This document shows, one piece after another, positions 9,442 through 18,933 of a DNA stretch of 32,000 nucleotides (position 1 is its first letter; every line of letters starts with the position of its first letter). This DNA is from Candidatus Harpocratesius repetitus (lineage in GTDB: Archaea > Asgardarchaeota > Lokiarchaeia > Sigyniarchaeales > Promethearchaeaceae). The stretch covers positions 2,790,001 to 2,822,000 of the forward strand of contig JAIZWK010000001.1 in assembly GCA_021498095.1 (NCBI GenBank). The letters are read 5' to 3'. A program made the position numbers and the translations under genes. A model generated the notes under the pieces. The model was given only the letters and a program-made list of their open reading frames with translations, was not told where the DNA came from and did not search any database.

Positions 9442-9780
9442 GTAATTCTGAATTCAGACTTTAAAATTGAGGATATTTTATTTTTTTTAATTTAAACGCT
9501 TTTTTGAATATCAATTATATATATCCGACTTAATTCTGAAATATCGCAATTCTTTTTTTGTCGAACTCGATTTTTTCAAAAAATTTATTAAAAATTTACC
9601 ATAATGTTTATAAATTCTTCAATTTGATGTTGACTTTATCATAATTTTTGAATTACATATCTTGAATTTGGCAACTTAGTAAAATCGACAAAAAATAAGG
9701 AAGGATATATTAGAATTGAGTCGGAAGAATTAAAATGATATAATGAAAAAATTCGAATTTTTGAAATTTAAAATACCCTT

Positions 9781-9810
9781 AATTTAAAATTTAAAATTTA
9801 GAATTTAGAA
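9781..9810. repeat. Micro tandem repeat, 7 bp x 4 (AATTTAA x2, AATTTAG x2)
   Basis: aatttaa aatttaa aatttag aatttag aa, ending a few bp from the stop codon (9814-9816) of the minus-strand gene. Confidence 0.6.
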
Positions 9811-9813
9811 GAA

Positions 9814-10440
9814 CTACAGTATTTTTGCATACCTTTTTTTTTGCAATTTTGTTAAATCCTTTGCATTTTTCATTATTAATCTAAGATTATCACCTATATT
9901 ATCTAATAAAATTTCTAATTTATAGTCAGTAAGTTGATCTAGAAAACTTAAAATTAATCTTATAGTTTGTCTTTCATTATAGCGCCCCTCGATGGCGTCA
10001 TCTAATAAGTTTAAAATCTTTTCTTGCTCTTCTAAGTAAATATATGTTTCAATACCAAAGATTTGTCCAACAATTGCTCCAAATTCATCAAATTTGCTGA
10101 TTTCTACTACTTCATTTTTGATATAATCTAAATATTGAATTCTAAATGCTTCGCCTACTTCTTCTAATAAATTTTGGCTGATTTTTTTTTTTATTGGTTT
10201 TTTTGAGCTTAAAGCTATTTGAAATTCAGGATATGATTTGATATAGACATATTTATTTCCTAAAGTGATTTCTTCAAAATGGGAACCAAAAAATTGCTTA
10301 GAGAATATTGATAATGAAGTAAATAAACTTGAAAATGTTTCTTTATCCATATGTAGAAGTGATCTCTCAAACACTCTATGAACATAGATCTCTCCTTGTT
10401 GACTTAAAATTAAAAGAAATTCAAGATCTTGAATATTCAT
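9814..10440 (-). CDS. Stand-alone longin/roadblock-like protein with a C-terminal helical extension
   Basis: FLLILSQQGEIYVHRVF...FSSLFTSLSIFSKQFFGSHFEEITLGNKYVYIKS...NLLEEVGEAFRIQY follows the beta-beta-alpha-beta-beta-beta-alpha longin pattern typical of Asgard proteins. Confidence 0.7.
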   Translation of the reverse strand: MNIQDLEFLLILSQQGEIYVHRVFERSLLHMDKETFSSLFTSLSIFSKQFFGSHFEEITLGNKYVYIKSYPEFQIALSSKKPIKKKISQNLLEEVGEAFRIQYLDYIKNEVVEISKFDEFGAIVGQIFGIETYIYLEEQEKILNLLDDAIEGRYNERQTIRLILSFLDQLTDYKLEILLDNIGDNLRLIMKNAKDLTKLQKKRYAKIL

Positions 10441-10538
10441 TCTTATATGAATATAAGCGAGATTAACCTTAATATTTACGTTATTACATCTATTTGGGTA
10501 CTTCTATGATAAAAAAGTGAAAAAAAGGACAATTTTAT

Positions 10539-11708
10539 TTATTTTAATTGTTCAATAATTCCAAAATCTCGATAAAGTGATAATTCTTTCAGAATGATCT
10601 GATCATTATCAGTAAGCTTATCACGCAGTAATCTAGAGATTAATTCACCAATTCCAGGACCCAACATATATCCTTGGCCGCACATACCAATTGTATTGAT
10701 AAAATTATCAATTTCTTTTACATGACCTACAATTGGTGCTCCATCAGGAGTATCAGGATATAAACCCCTCCAAGTACGACGAACTTTGATATTTTTTAAT
10801 CGGGGAAGCAGTTGAATCATACGTTTGGCAATTTGAGGAAGAAATCGACTAGTTTCTTCACGATCATGTCCAAAATAAGGAGGATCTGGGGTAATACAGA
10901 AAATTATTTGACCTTCATTGTTTTGGTAAAAGTAAAAATTTTTAGAATTGCCGAATACTGAGTCAGTGCAAGGACGTATATCTACTACCATTGGTCTAAG
11001 AAAATACTTTACAGGTTCAGTAATCCCTGCTTCATGACTAGTAGGTGCAACAGGAAGATCTAAACCAACCATATTACCAATTTCTTTCGCATAACCACCC
11101 GCAGCATTTATAATCCATTTTGCGCTATATTCAGCTTTATCAGTAATAATTGTCTCAATTGTTGTTCCATTTTTTTTAATTGCAGTTACCTTTTCATTAA
11201 AATGAAATTCTGCGCCATTTTTTAAGGCATCACGATAAAATGCATTAGCTGCTAGCAAAGGGGAGGCATTTCCATCACTAGGACTGAAAGTACCACCTAA
11301 AAGACCATCAGAATTAATGCCTGGAACTAATTCTTTTATTTTTTCAGGCCCATAAAAATCGATATTTAGTCCTAAAGATTTCTGAAGTTTTACATTATTT
11401 TGAAATAATTGAGCATGTTCTTGGGTATATGCAACATAACAATAACCACCTTGAACCCAACTGATATCATCACCATGTTCCTGCTTCCAATTCGAAAATA
11501 TTTCAATACTTCGGAGTCCAAGTAAAATTTTAGCGCGCTGAGTATGTGTCGCACGAATCCCACCAATAGCATGTTTATTATCCCCTTGAGAAACTGAAGC
11601 CTCTTTTTCAATGACAAGTACACTTAAGCCATCACGAGCACAATATTGAGCAATTGGAATTCCAACACTTCCGGCTCCAATAACAATAACATCATATTTT
11701 TTTAACAA
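10539..11708 (-). CDS. FAD-dependent oxidoreductase, dye-linked L-proline dehydrogenase / sarcosine oxidase beta-like subunit (DAO family)
   Basis: DVIVIGAGSVG dinucleotide-binding motif, GGIRA, RRTWRGLYPDTPDGAPIVG and GMCGQGYMLGPG. TTG start 2 bp after the stop of the upstream alpha-like gene. Confidence 0.88.
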   Translation of the reverse strand: MLKKYDVIVIGAGSVGIPIAQYCARDGLSVLVIEKEASVSQGDNKHAIGGIRATHTQRAKILLGLRSIEIFSNWKQEHGDDISWVQGGYCYVAYTQEHAQLFQNNVKLQKSLGLNIDFYGPEKIKELVPGINSDGLLGGTFSPSDGNASPLLAANAFYRDALKNGAEFHFNEKVTAIKKNGTTIETIITDKAEYSAKWIINAAGGYAKEIGNMVGLDLPVAPTSHEAGITEPVKYFLRPMVVDIRPCTDSVFGNSKNFYFYQNNEGQIIFCITPDPPYFGHDREETSRFLPQIAKRMIQLLPRLKNIKVRRTWRGLYPDTPDGAPIVGHVKEIDNFINTIGMCGQGYMLGPGIGELISRLLRDKLTDNDQIILKELSLYRDFGIIEQLK

Positions 11709-11710
11709 AT

Positions 11711-13822
11711 TTATTCCTCCTTTGATTTACCTTGAGCAAAATATCCTAATGGAACTTCTACAAATAATGGCCGTTTAGTATTCTTTACAATTTTTTCATT
11801 CTCTATGCCTTCTTCACGAAACAACCGTTCGATTAAAGAAGTGCATGTTTTTCCACCACATGCACCCATTCCAGCTCGTGTGATTGCTTTAAGTTGGTTC
11901 ATATCAGTAATTCCTTTTCTAATCCATTCACGAATTTCACCTGCAGTAACCCGTTCACAACGGCAAACGATAGCTGTATCAGGCAAAGGTGCCTTTATAT
12001 ATGTTTCAAGAGGCTCAACCTTATGATCTTTCCAAGTTCTCACTCCAATTGCCTGTTTAGCAATATCTTTTGGTAATTCTACAGTAATCAACTGTGTATG
12101 TGGAAATTCGGGGATAAATCTTGCTCTTTTGACTTCAAACTGCCCAAGAACACCAGAATTATCTAATATCGTAACAATTTCACCTTTAGATAACTTTTCA
12201 GTAGCTATTTCATAGGGTAAAGTGACTTTTGGCATTTGGGGGTCTTTTCGAAAATCAACTAATGTAATAGCTAAGCCAGGACAAACAGCAACGCAGCGCC
12301 CACAACCAGTGCAATTTTTTTCACCTTTAAAATATGGAAGAGTGGTGATTTCTTGATTTTCTGTCTCAATCTGTTCTTGTGGGCAAACAGTGGTACAAGG
12401 ATTACATGGTATCTCTTGGTTACAATGAAAAACTGGAAAAATACCTTCCATTTTTTCTGGAATATCCCGTTCAATTGGTTTTGGAGGGCGAGCTTTCATT
12501 ATCTGCGCTTTTTTCTCCAATTCTTCTAACTTTCCATATTTATCAAAATCATCAGCAATATCTAATTTCATATCTTTAAGTATTTTAATAGCTTCGATTC
12601 TTCCTGTAAAAATTGCTGCTGAAGCTTCTGCTATTTCTTGAGCATCTCCTGCCACCCATACTGGAATATTATATTGAAGGGCTTTTTGGTAAAATTCATC
12701 CACTGGATTCAAGCCCACAGCAATTAAAACAGTATCACATTCAAATGTTTTTTCTGTGCCTGGTATAATATTCCAATTTTCATCAAGTTGAGCTATGGTA
12801 ATGGATTCAACCTGTTCTTTACCATTTGCTGAAACGATAGTATGACGAGTATAGATAGGAACACCCAATCTACGAAGCTTAGTTTCGTGAACATGATACC
12901 CTCCACAACTTGGAAGTGCTTCAATCAAGCCCACCACTTCAATACCAGCTTGAATTGCATGATATCCTGCAATTAATCCGACATTTCCACCACCAACAAT
13001 AAATATTCGTTCTGAAGCTTTTACCATATCTCGATTAACTAATGTTTGAAAAGCACCAGCTCCATATACTCCAGGTAATGTATCTCCTGGGAAAATCAAC
13101 ATCTTTTCTCTTGCACCTGTAGCTACAAGCAACCGCTCTGGTTTAATTAAAATATACTCTTTATTGTCTTTCAATACACCAATTAATCCATCTCGAAATA
13201 CAGCAAGGGCGGTAGTATTTAACCAGATTTTTACAGATTCTAAAGAACGAACTTCTTCACCCAAAATTTTTCCAATTTCTATACCACGTTTTCCAGCATA
13301 TACATCTTTCTGAGAACCGAAGAATTTATGAGTTTGGAGCACCAATTTACCTCCAGTTCGATCTTTATCATCGATCAGCAGAACTTGAATGTTTTGGGAA
13401 CCTAATATTTTTGCTGCAGAAAGACCAGCCGGACCTGCTCCAATTATCAAAACTTGTGTAGAAATAATTGATGGATCACCTATATGAAGAGCTGAATCAT
13501 CTGCTGGTAAAGATGGAAGACCTTCACAACTTTCAATTTTCATATTTTCTTTTAATGGTGTCATACATGCTTTCATTGGCTTTCCATCAACTAATACTGT
13601 ACATTGTGCACATTGTCCATTAGCGCAAAAAATTCCTTGTGGAGAATTGTCTTTCGGATGATGTCCAAATGTTTTAATTCCATGAAGAAACAATACAGAT
13701 GAAATCACCATATCTTCATAACCAATTAGTTCTTGCCCATTAAATGTAAAATTTACAGATTTACGGGAGGGATATTTTAGTATAGGATGAGATTTAATTT
13801 CTTTCAAGGTCATAATACTCAA
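11711..13822 (-). CDS. Fused alpha-like subunit of a proline dehydrogenase / sarcosine oxidase-like complex: [2Fe-2S] domain, pyridine-nucleotide-disulfide oxidoreductase domain, ferredoxin and BFD-like [2Fe-2S] domain
   Basis: CANGQCAQC (N-terminal Fe-S), IIGAGPAGLSAA and IVGGGNVG (Rossmann folds), CNQEIPCNPC...CTGCGRCVAVCPG (ferredoxin), CRCERVT...GMGACGGKTC (BFD-like). Start is TTG 13822 or ATG 13813. Confidence 0.88.
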   Translation of the reverse strand: MSIMTLKEIKSHPILKYPSRKSVNFTFNGQELIGYEDMVISSVLFLHGIKTFGHHPKDNSPQGIFCANGQCAQCTVLVDGKPMKACMTPLKENMKIESCEGLPSLPADDSALHIGDPSIISTQVLIIGAGPAGLSAAKILGSQNIQVLLIDDKDRTGGKLVLQTHKFFGSQKDVYAGKRGIEIGKILGEEVRSLESVKIWLNTTALAVFRDGLIGVLKDNKEYILIKPERLLVATGAREKMLIFPGDTLPGVYGAGAFQTLVNRDMVKASERIFIVGGGNVGLIAGYHAIQAGIEVVGLIEALPSCGGYHVHETKLRRLGVPIYTRHTIVSANGKEQVESITIAQLDENWNIIPGTEKTFECDTVLIAVGLNPVDEFYQKALQYNIPVWVAGDAQEIAEASAAIFTGRIEAIKILKDMKLDIADDFDKYGKLEELEKKAQIMKARPPKPIERDIPEKMEGIFPVFHCNQEIPCNPCTTVCPQEQIETENQEITTLPYFKGEKNCTGCGRCVAVCPGLAITLVDFRKDPQMPKVTLPYEIATEKLSKGEIVTILDNSGVLGQFEVKRARFIPEFPHTQLITVELPKDIAKQAIGVRTWKDHKVEPLETYIKAPLPDTAIVCRCERVTAGEIREWIRKGITDMNQLKAITRAGMGACGGKTCTSLIERLFREEGIENEKIVKNTKRPLFVEVPLGYFAQGKSKEE

Positions 13823-14163
13823 TACCTGTCATTTTACCCATTAAAATAAAGAGTTTTGATAAAGAAGACTCTAATTTTTTAATTCAAATAATGGGTTTCT
13901 CTGTTTTTAATCATAAAATCGATTGTATTAAAATTATTTGTTTTTGGGATAATTTTGGGGAAATTTGTCGTTGAAATTTTAATCATCCCCATTAAATAAA
14001 AAAAAACTGCTTTTAATAAAATTAATATCAAATAATAAAATCTTAAACAACTTATCAAAATATTCACATTTACTTAATTACATTCTAAATGAAAGAAGTA
14101 GGCTTAAATTTTTTAACTACAAAGATATACCATTAAAATAAAAAATTAAAGTAGAAACATATC

Positions 14164-14823
14164 ATGGAAAATGCAAAAAGAGAGAGTTTGATACTGGCTA
14201 AAGTTGTGTATTGGGGCTGCGCACTTTCAGGAAAAACAACCATAATTGATAGCTTGTACAGACTTACTAAAGAAAAATTTACAGATCAATTTGAACCAGA
14301 AGGAACTATTAAAAAAATTGCTCAAAGTGATGGAGCTACTTTATATTTTGATAGGGGGATTTTTCGTTCAAAAAAAGAGCGATCACTTCAATATCATGTT
14401 TATACTGTTGCAGGTCAAATTCATTTTGCCCCAGTTCGAAAAAAAGTATTTGAAGGAACAAATGCTGTTGTCTTTGTTTTTGATGCACAACCTGAACGAT
14501 TGCAAGCAAATATAGATTCTTTAAAAGAATTAAAAAATGTCTCAGAACATAAATTGATTACAGAAATTCCAATGCTTGTAATGGTAAATAAACAAGATTT
14601 ACCTGATGCAATTCAAAAGGATGAAGTTCAAAAAATACTCGAAGAAGAATCTTTATTTTTTCCAACTGAAGATCCTTGGAGTCTATGGAACCCAATTATT
14701 TATGAAACAATAGCACTGTATGATATTCAACAAAATATTTATCCTGTGTTTGCAGAAATAATAAGGAGACTCCAAATCTATCAGACTTTTGGTGATGGAA
14801 TTAACCCACCTTTTCAGCGTTGA
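14164..14823 (+). CDS. MglA-like small GTPase
   Basis: KVVYWGCALSGKTT (G1), TLYFD (G2, as in MglA TLFFD), YTVAGQ (MglA-type G3), NKQD (G4). Confidence 0.88.
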   Translation: MENAKRESLILAKVVYWGCALSGKTTIIDSLYRLTKEKFTDQFEPEGTIKKIAQSDGATLYFDRGIFRSKKERSLQYHVYTVAGQIHFAPVRKKVFEGTNAVVFVFDAQPERLQANIDSLKELKNVSEHKLITEIPMLVMVNKQDLPDAIQKDEVQKILEEESLFFPTEDPWSLWNPIIYETIALYDIQQNIYPVFAEIIRRLQIYQTFGDGINPPFQR

Positions 14824-14887
14824 TTTTTTTGCAAGTATTTCATGTTTATTTTTTGCAATTCAAAATTATTCCAATTAACTTTCTTAA

Positions 14888-15928
14888 TCATTCAACTAAT
14901 ATCTCATCTGATGATGATTGATTCTGCCCTTCTATTTTGTGTATCAGCGATAAATCATCCCATTTTCCACATTTACTCCCCCATCTCGCGAGTAATTGAT
15001 TATTTTTGAATATTTCAACAATCTCACAAACATTCGGACAATCGGAGCATTCAAAACCTGTTGTTCGAAATCTTAACTGTGGAATATTCCACCCAAGAAA
15101 TTTTGATGGACGAGGTTTCCTTTCTATCTCTTCATGAGCTAAAATAGCCGCTCCTATAGCACCCATAACATCATAATATGGTGGAACAATAATCTTATAT
15201 CCGAGATTCTCAGCAAATGCTTTTCTAATTCCTTTATTAGCAGCTACCCCACCTTGAAACATTATTGGAGGAAGGATTTCTTTACCTTTAGCTACATTAT
15301 TAAGATAATTGCGAACCAAAGCTTCACATAATCCGCGAATAATATCTTGCTCTGGATATCCAAGCTGCTGTTTATGAATCATATCACTTTCCGCAAATAC
15401 CGTACAGCGACCAGCTATAGATACTGGATTTGTAGATTTTAATGCATAATCCCCAAATTCTTCAATCGGAATTTTAATTCGTCGAGCTTGTTGATCTAAG
15501 AAACTTCCTGTTCCTGCTGCACATACTGTATTCATTGCAAAATCAATAGCTACACCATCCCGTAAAATAATTATTTTGCTGTCTTGACCCCCAATTTCCA
15601 ATACTGTTCTAACATCTGGTTTAAATTCTAAAGCAGCTAAAGAATGTGCTGTGATTTCATTTTTTACAATATCTGCACCAATTAAAACACCAGTCAATTG
15701 TCTTGCTGAACCAGTAGCTCCAGCACCATGTATAGGAAGGTCACATCCAAGTTTATTGCGCATGATTCTGATTGCATTTTGAACAGCTTGTATTGGTTTT
15801 CCATCAGTTCTAATATATACAGATTCAATTACTTTATGATTTTCATCTATTACTGCAACATTGGTTGAAATTGAGCCAACATCAACTCCAATAAAATAAT
15901 TTTGCTCATCCGATTTCATTTTTTTCAC
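14888..15928 (-). CDS. 2-hydroxyacyl-CoA dehydratase activase (BadF/BadG/BcrA/BcrD, HgdC-like ASKHA ATPase)
   Basis: GVDVGSIST, GATGSAR, NEITAH, EIGGQDSK, MNTVCAAGTGSFLDQQA, GRCTVFAESD, GGVAAN; C-terminal CSDCPNVC...WGSKC. Confidence 0.92.
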   Translation of the reverse strand: MKKMKSDEQNYFIGVDVGSISTNVAVIDENHKVIESVYIRTDGKPIQAVQNAIRIMRNKLGCDLPIHGAGATGSARQLTGVLIGADIVKNEITAHSLAALEFKPDVRTVLEIGGQDSKIIILRDGVAIDFAMNTVCAAGTGSFLDQQARRIKIPIEEFGDYALKSTNPVSIAGRCTVFAESDMIHKQQLGYPEQDIIRGLCEALVRNYLNNVAKGKEILPPIMFQGGVAANKGIRKAFAENLGYKIIVPPYYDVMGAIGAAILAHEEIERKPRPSKFLGWNIPQLRFRTTGFECSDCPNVCEIVEIFKNNQLLARWGSKCGKWDDLSLIHKIEGQNQSSSDEILVE

Positions 15929-15978
15929 CCTTTTGTTTGGAACATTAAAGATTTCTCCTTATTTATTCTTCAAATATT

Positions 15979-16338
15979 CTAGATTTCAATTCTCGTTGAT
16001 TTTTTTTTGAATGAAGTAAAAAATTTATTTGATTTTCGCTTTCTGGCTAATAAGTCAACAAAAGCTTCCAAACGAGTCTGAAATCCGGCTTCACCTGTTT
16101 GCTCATCCACAACTAACGAAAGCACAGGAATATCATATAAATGACTAATTTGAGGAAGAATATTTTTTGAGGCAATATGTGGTAAACAAGTAAAGGGATA
16201 CAAATGAATTACCCCGTCCCATCCATTTTTTTTATAGATTATAGTTTCACCGATAGCTTCTCGTGCTTCTCCTCCACATCGATGAGCAGTATAATCAAAT
16301 AAGATACATTTATGAATTCGACTCTGAAATAAGATTGG
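15979..16338 (-). pseudogene. 5'-truncated fragment of the activase-associated 2-hydroxyacyl-CoA dehydratase-like gene
   Basis: Extending the 74-aa track ORF upstream gives CGGEAREAIGETIIYKKNGWDGVIHLYPFTCLPH...DEQTGEAGFQTRLEAF, matching the C-terminus of this family. The frame is closed by TGA at 16339-16341 with no ATG, and the divergent gene starts immediately beyond. Confidence 0.7.
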
Positions 16339-16422
16339 TCATCAGAAATTTATACTTTTCCATTTTTGTATGATTGCAAAGATACCCAAAAGCAAATAAA
16401 ACTAAAACTCTATAATAATATC

Positions 16423-18909
16423 ATGTCTTTTGGAGATATTGTCGTAAGTTTTCTATTAAATATTATCCCATTGATTGTACTACTTTTTCCTATTCCATTT
16501 CTAAAGCGAAAATCGGCTAAAAGATCATTTTATTTGCGATTTTATTATGGTTTGTGTTTTTTCTTTGCAGTATATTGGTTTCTACCTGCTCTCCTTCAGT
16601 TGGAAATCAAATCATTATCAATAGAGGATTCACAATTAAAGCAACCCAGTTTAATTGCCTTATATTTAGTTGTTCGATTCTTTAGCTTAATTACTTCATA
16701 CGCTCAATATCCATTTATCCTTTTACCTCTTATTTTTGTTTTTTCTCCATTTGTATCATTATTGATTCTTTATCTAAGAATTAGAAAGGAGAAAAAAAAT
16801 GATAATTTAGATATTTTTCAAGAAATCCACTATGAATACATGACATCCCCTAAAGAAATGATAAAAAGAGCCCTTCGTAAAAATGACTGGTCAAAAGAAA
16901 AGGAAATGTTCAAAGCATTTTTGATTATTATGCCAATTGCGATATATCTCCTAGCAGTAGTATTAGATATTTCAGGTTTAGAGCCAGTAAATTTGAATAA
17001 AAGCACTACTGCCATCGGAATGTTAATAGAAATATTTTTCGTCTATATTGCCACCTTTTTATATGGATATCAACTAATAAAGGCATCGAAACTCTCATTT
17101 CGCGGAAAATTTATAGGTGAGCAAATAGAAGCGCGATTCTTTTCCAGTTTAAAACAAGTAGGAACCCCAATTGCAATCTTAAGTATTATTCTATTCATTT
17201 TACAGAAAACAGACAGTATACTCCTATTTATCTACATTTTTGGATATTTCTTAATGGCTGCATTTATTTTCATTCTTTTTTTACGTATTTTTGAACCAAT
17301 AAGCATTTTAATTTTATTAAAAATAATCAATGCAAGAAAATGGAAACAGATTGGAAAATTTAAGCACTGGATTCGAGCAATTAAAGAAAAAAGAGAAAGT
17401 TCAGAAAATGAAGAAAGTTCAGAAAATGAAGAAAGTTCAGAAAATGAAGAAAGTTCAGAAAATGAAGAGTCATTAGATCAAAATTTAACATCTACATTAT
17501 CAGAAACACAATCTAATTCATCGGATCTCTCTTTACGAAATATAATTTCATCCAAATACCAAAATACTCAACATCAATCAAAATATCTAATTATCATCGT
17601 ATTGTATGGAATTATTGCCGCTTCTCTTAGTGTAATTGTATTCTTCATAATCTCTTATATTGGATATCTATTTACTCCTTACCTTCCCTCTGGTTCGGAT
17701 ATTACTGTTCTCTCAGCTGCAAGTGCCAATCCAACTTATTTAGTTGCTTTAATTACCGAAATATCTGTTTCTTTACATTCTATAGAATTGATGTTTCGAG
17801 TAATCATTCTGTCATATTTTTTTAACTATGCTCTCCGCACTAAATTGCATAACGCAACTGTTATTTTAATATATGGAGGAACTTTGTTAGCATTGACAAT
17901 TGTTTGTTCAATTTTACTTAGTTCTCCTTTAATAATTCCTTTAAGTTTCTCTGAAGAAACGAGTTGGTTGACCGGTGTGCCGGTTACAATTGAAGATGTA
18001 TCTTTTTCGTTTGTTACTGTTAGGACAGGATTTTTAACCGCTAGTTTTTCAGGAAATATGGTTCTACGTGGTTTAACAATTCCTTTTTATATCTTTAGCC
18101 CATTTTCCACTTTTATCTTATGGGGATATTTATTTTGTTTTGGTAATAAGCAATTTATGGTGAAATCATTTGATAAACAGCATAAATATGTTGAAAGAAC
18201 AACTTTCTCGATAGTTTCATCTGAAAATATCACCGATCTTCCAACATTTTTCAATATTCACCCTGGAGCTTTGATTATGAGAGAAAATGGGCAAAATTTA
18301 TCTGAATTTGAATATAATCTTCCAGAATGGAATGAAATAGCATCAAAACTAATGGAAAAGGGAGAAATAAAATTATCTGAAATAACTGAATCTACATTAA
18401 CTGATGAACGATTTGAAGCATGGTTAAAACATGAAGTTAAATTAAAACATATATCAATTTGGATACCAGAATTTTCTTGCATTTTTGAACGCGCTCAGAT
18501 TGATTCTGTTTATATTTTATATCAAGATGGTAGAAATTTATTTTTCCATCGATTTCAAGCCCTTCAAACTGAAAAAGAGAAAGCCAGAGAAAAATTTGCT
18601 CCTTCATTAGTATCAGGAATGTTTTCAGCAATCACAAGTTTCGTTAAAGAGGTGACCAATTCTGCAGATTTATTACGCAGTATTGATTCTGGAGATAAAA
18701 AAGTGCTCTTGGAATACAGCCAAAGTCTTCCGATTTTTGGTGCCATCTTTGCTGATAGAGAAACAGGACAGGTACGAAGAGCTTTAAAAGATTTTCTTAC
18801 ACGCTTTGGAAACAGACATGGGCATATTTTGGTAAACTGGTCTGGAGATGTTTCGATTTTTTCAGAGGATACAGATCTTTTGAAAGAATCCTTTAAAGAA
18901 TTCTTGTAA
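16423..18909 (+). CDS. Multi-pass membrane protein (about 12 helices) with a C-terminal longin-like domain
   Basis: About 12 hydrophobic segments in two blocks separated by an acidic Ser-rich loop. C-terminal IDSVYILYQDGRNLF...LVSGMFSAITSFVKEV...LRSIDSGDKKVLLE...ALKDFLTRF (nt 18499-18909). ATG 16423 preferred over 16366. Confidence 0.8.
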   Translation: MSFGDIVVSFLLNIIPLIVLLFPIPFLKRKSAKRSFYLRFYYGLCFFFAVYWFLPALLQLEIKSLSIEDSQLKQPSLIALYLVVRFFSLITSYAQYPFILLPLIFVFSPFVSLLILYLRIRKEKKNDNLDIFQEIHYEYMTSPKEMIKRALRKNDWSKEKEMFKAFLIIMPIAIYLLAVVLDISGLEPVNLNKSTTAIGMLIEIFFVYIATFLYGYQLIKASKLSFRGKFIGEQIEARFFSSLKQVGTPIAILSIILFILQKTDSILLFIYIFGYFLMAAFIFILFLRIFEPISILILLKIINARKWKQIGKFKHWIRAIKEKRESSENEESSENEESSENEESSENEESLDQNLTSTLSETQSNSSDLSLRNIISSKYQNTQHQSKYLIIIVLYGIIAASLSVIVFFIISYIGYLFTPYLPSGSDITVLSAASANPTYLVALITEISVSLHSIELMFRVIILSYFFNYALRTKLHNATVILIYGGTLLALTIVCSILLSSPLIIPLSFSEETSWLTGVPVTIEDVSFSFVTVRTGFLTASFSGNMVLRGLTIPFYIFSPFSTFILWGYLFCFGNKQFMVKSFDKQHKYVERTTFSIVSSENITDLPTFFNIHPGALIMRENGQNLSEFEYNLPEWNEIASKLMEKGEIKLSEITESTLTDERFEAWLKHEVKLKHISIWIPEFSCIFERAQIDSVYILYQDGRNLFFHRFQALQTEKEKAREKFAPSLVSGMFSAITSFVKEVTNSADLLRSIDSGDKKVLLEYSQSLPIFGAIFADRETGQVRRALKDFLTRFGNRHGHILVNWSGDVSIFSEDTDLLKESFKEFL
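17395..17466 (+). repeat. In-frame 18-bp tandem repeat x 4 encoding (ESSENE)4
   Basis: GAAAGTTCAGAAAATGAA starts at 17395, 17413, 17431 and 17449, with identical codons in each copy. Confidence 0.97.
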
Positions 18910-18933
18910 TCAAAAATCTATCATTTTTATTTC

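Noticed and set aside
9447-9458. Perfect 12-bp palindrome TCTGAATTCAGA after the FIST-like gene
   Set aside because: A single short palindrome, expected by chance in 32 kb of AT-rich DNA, and not in a promoter position.
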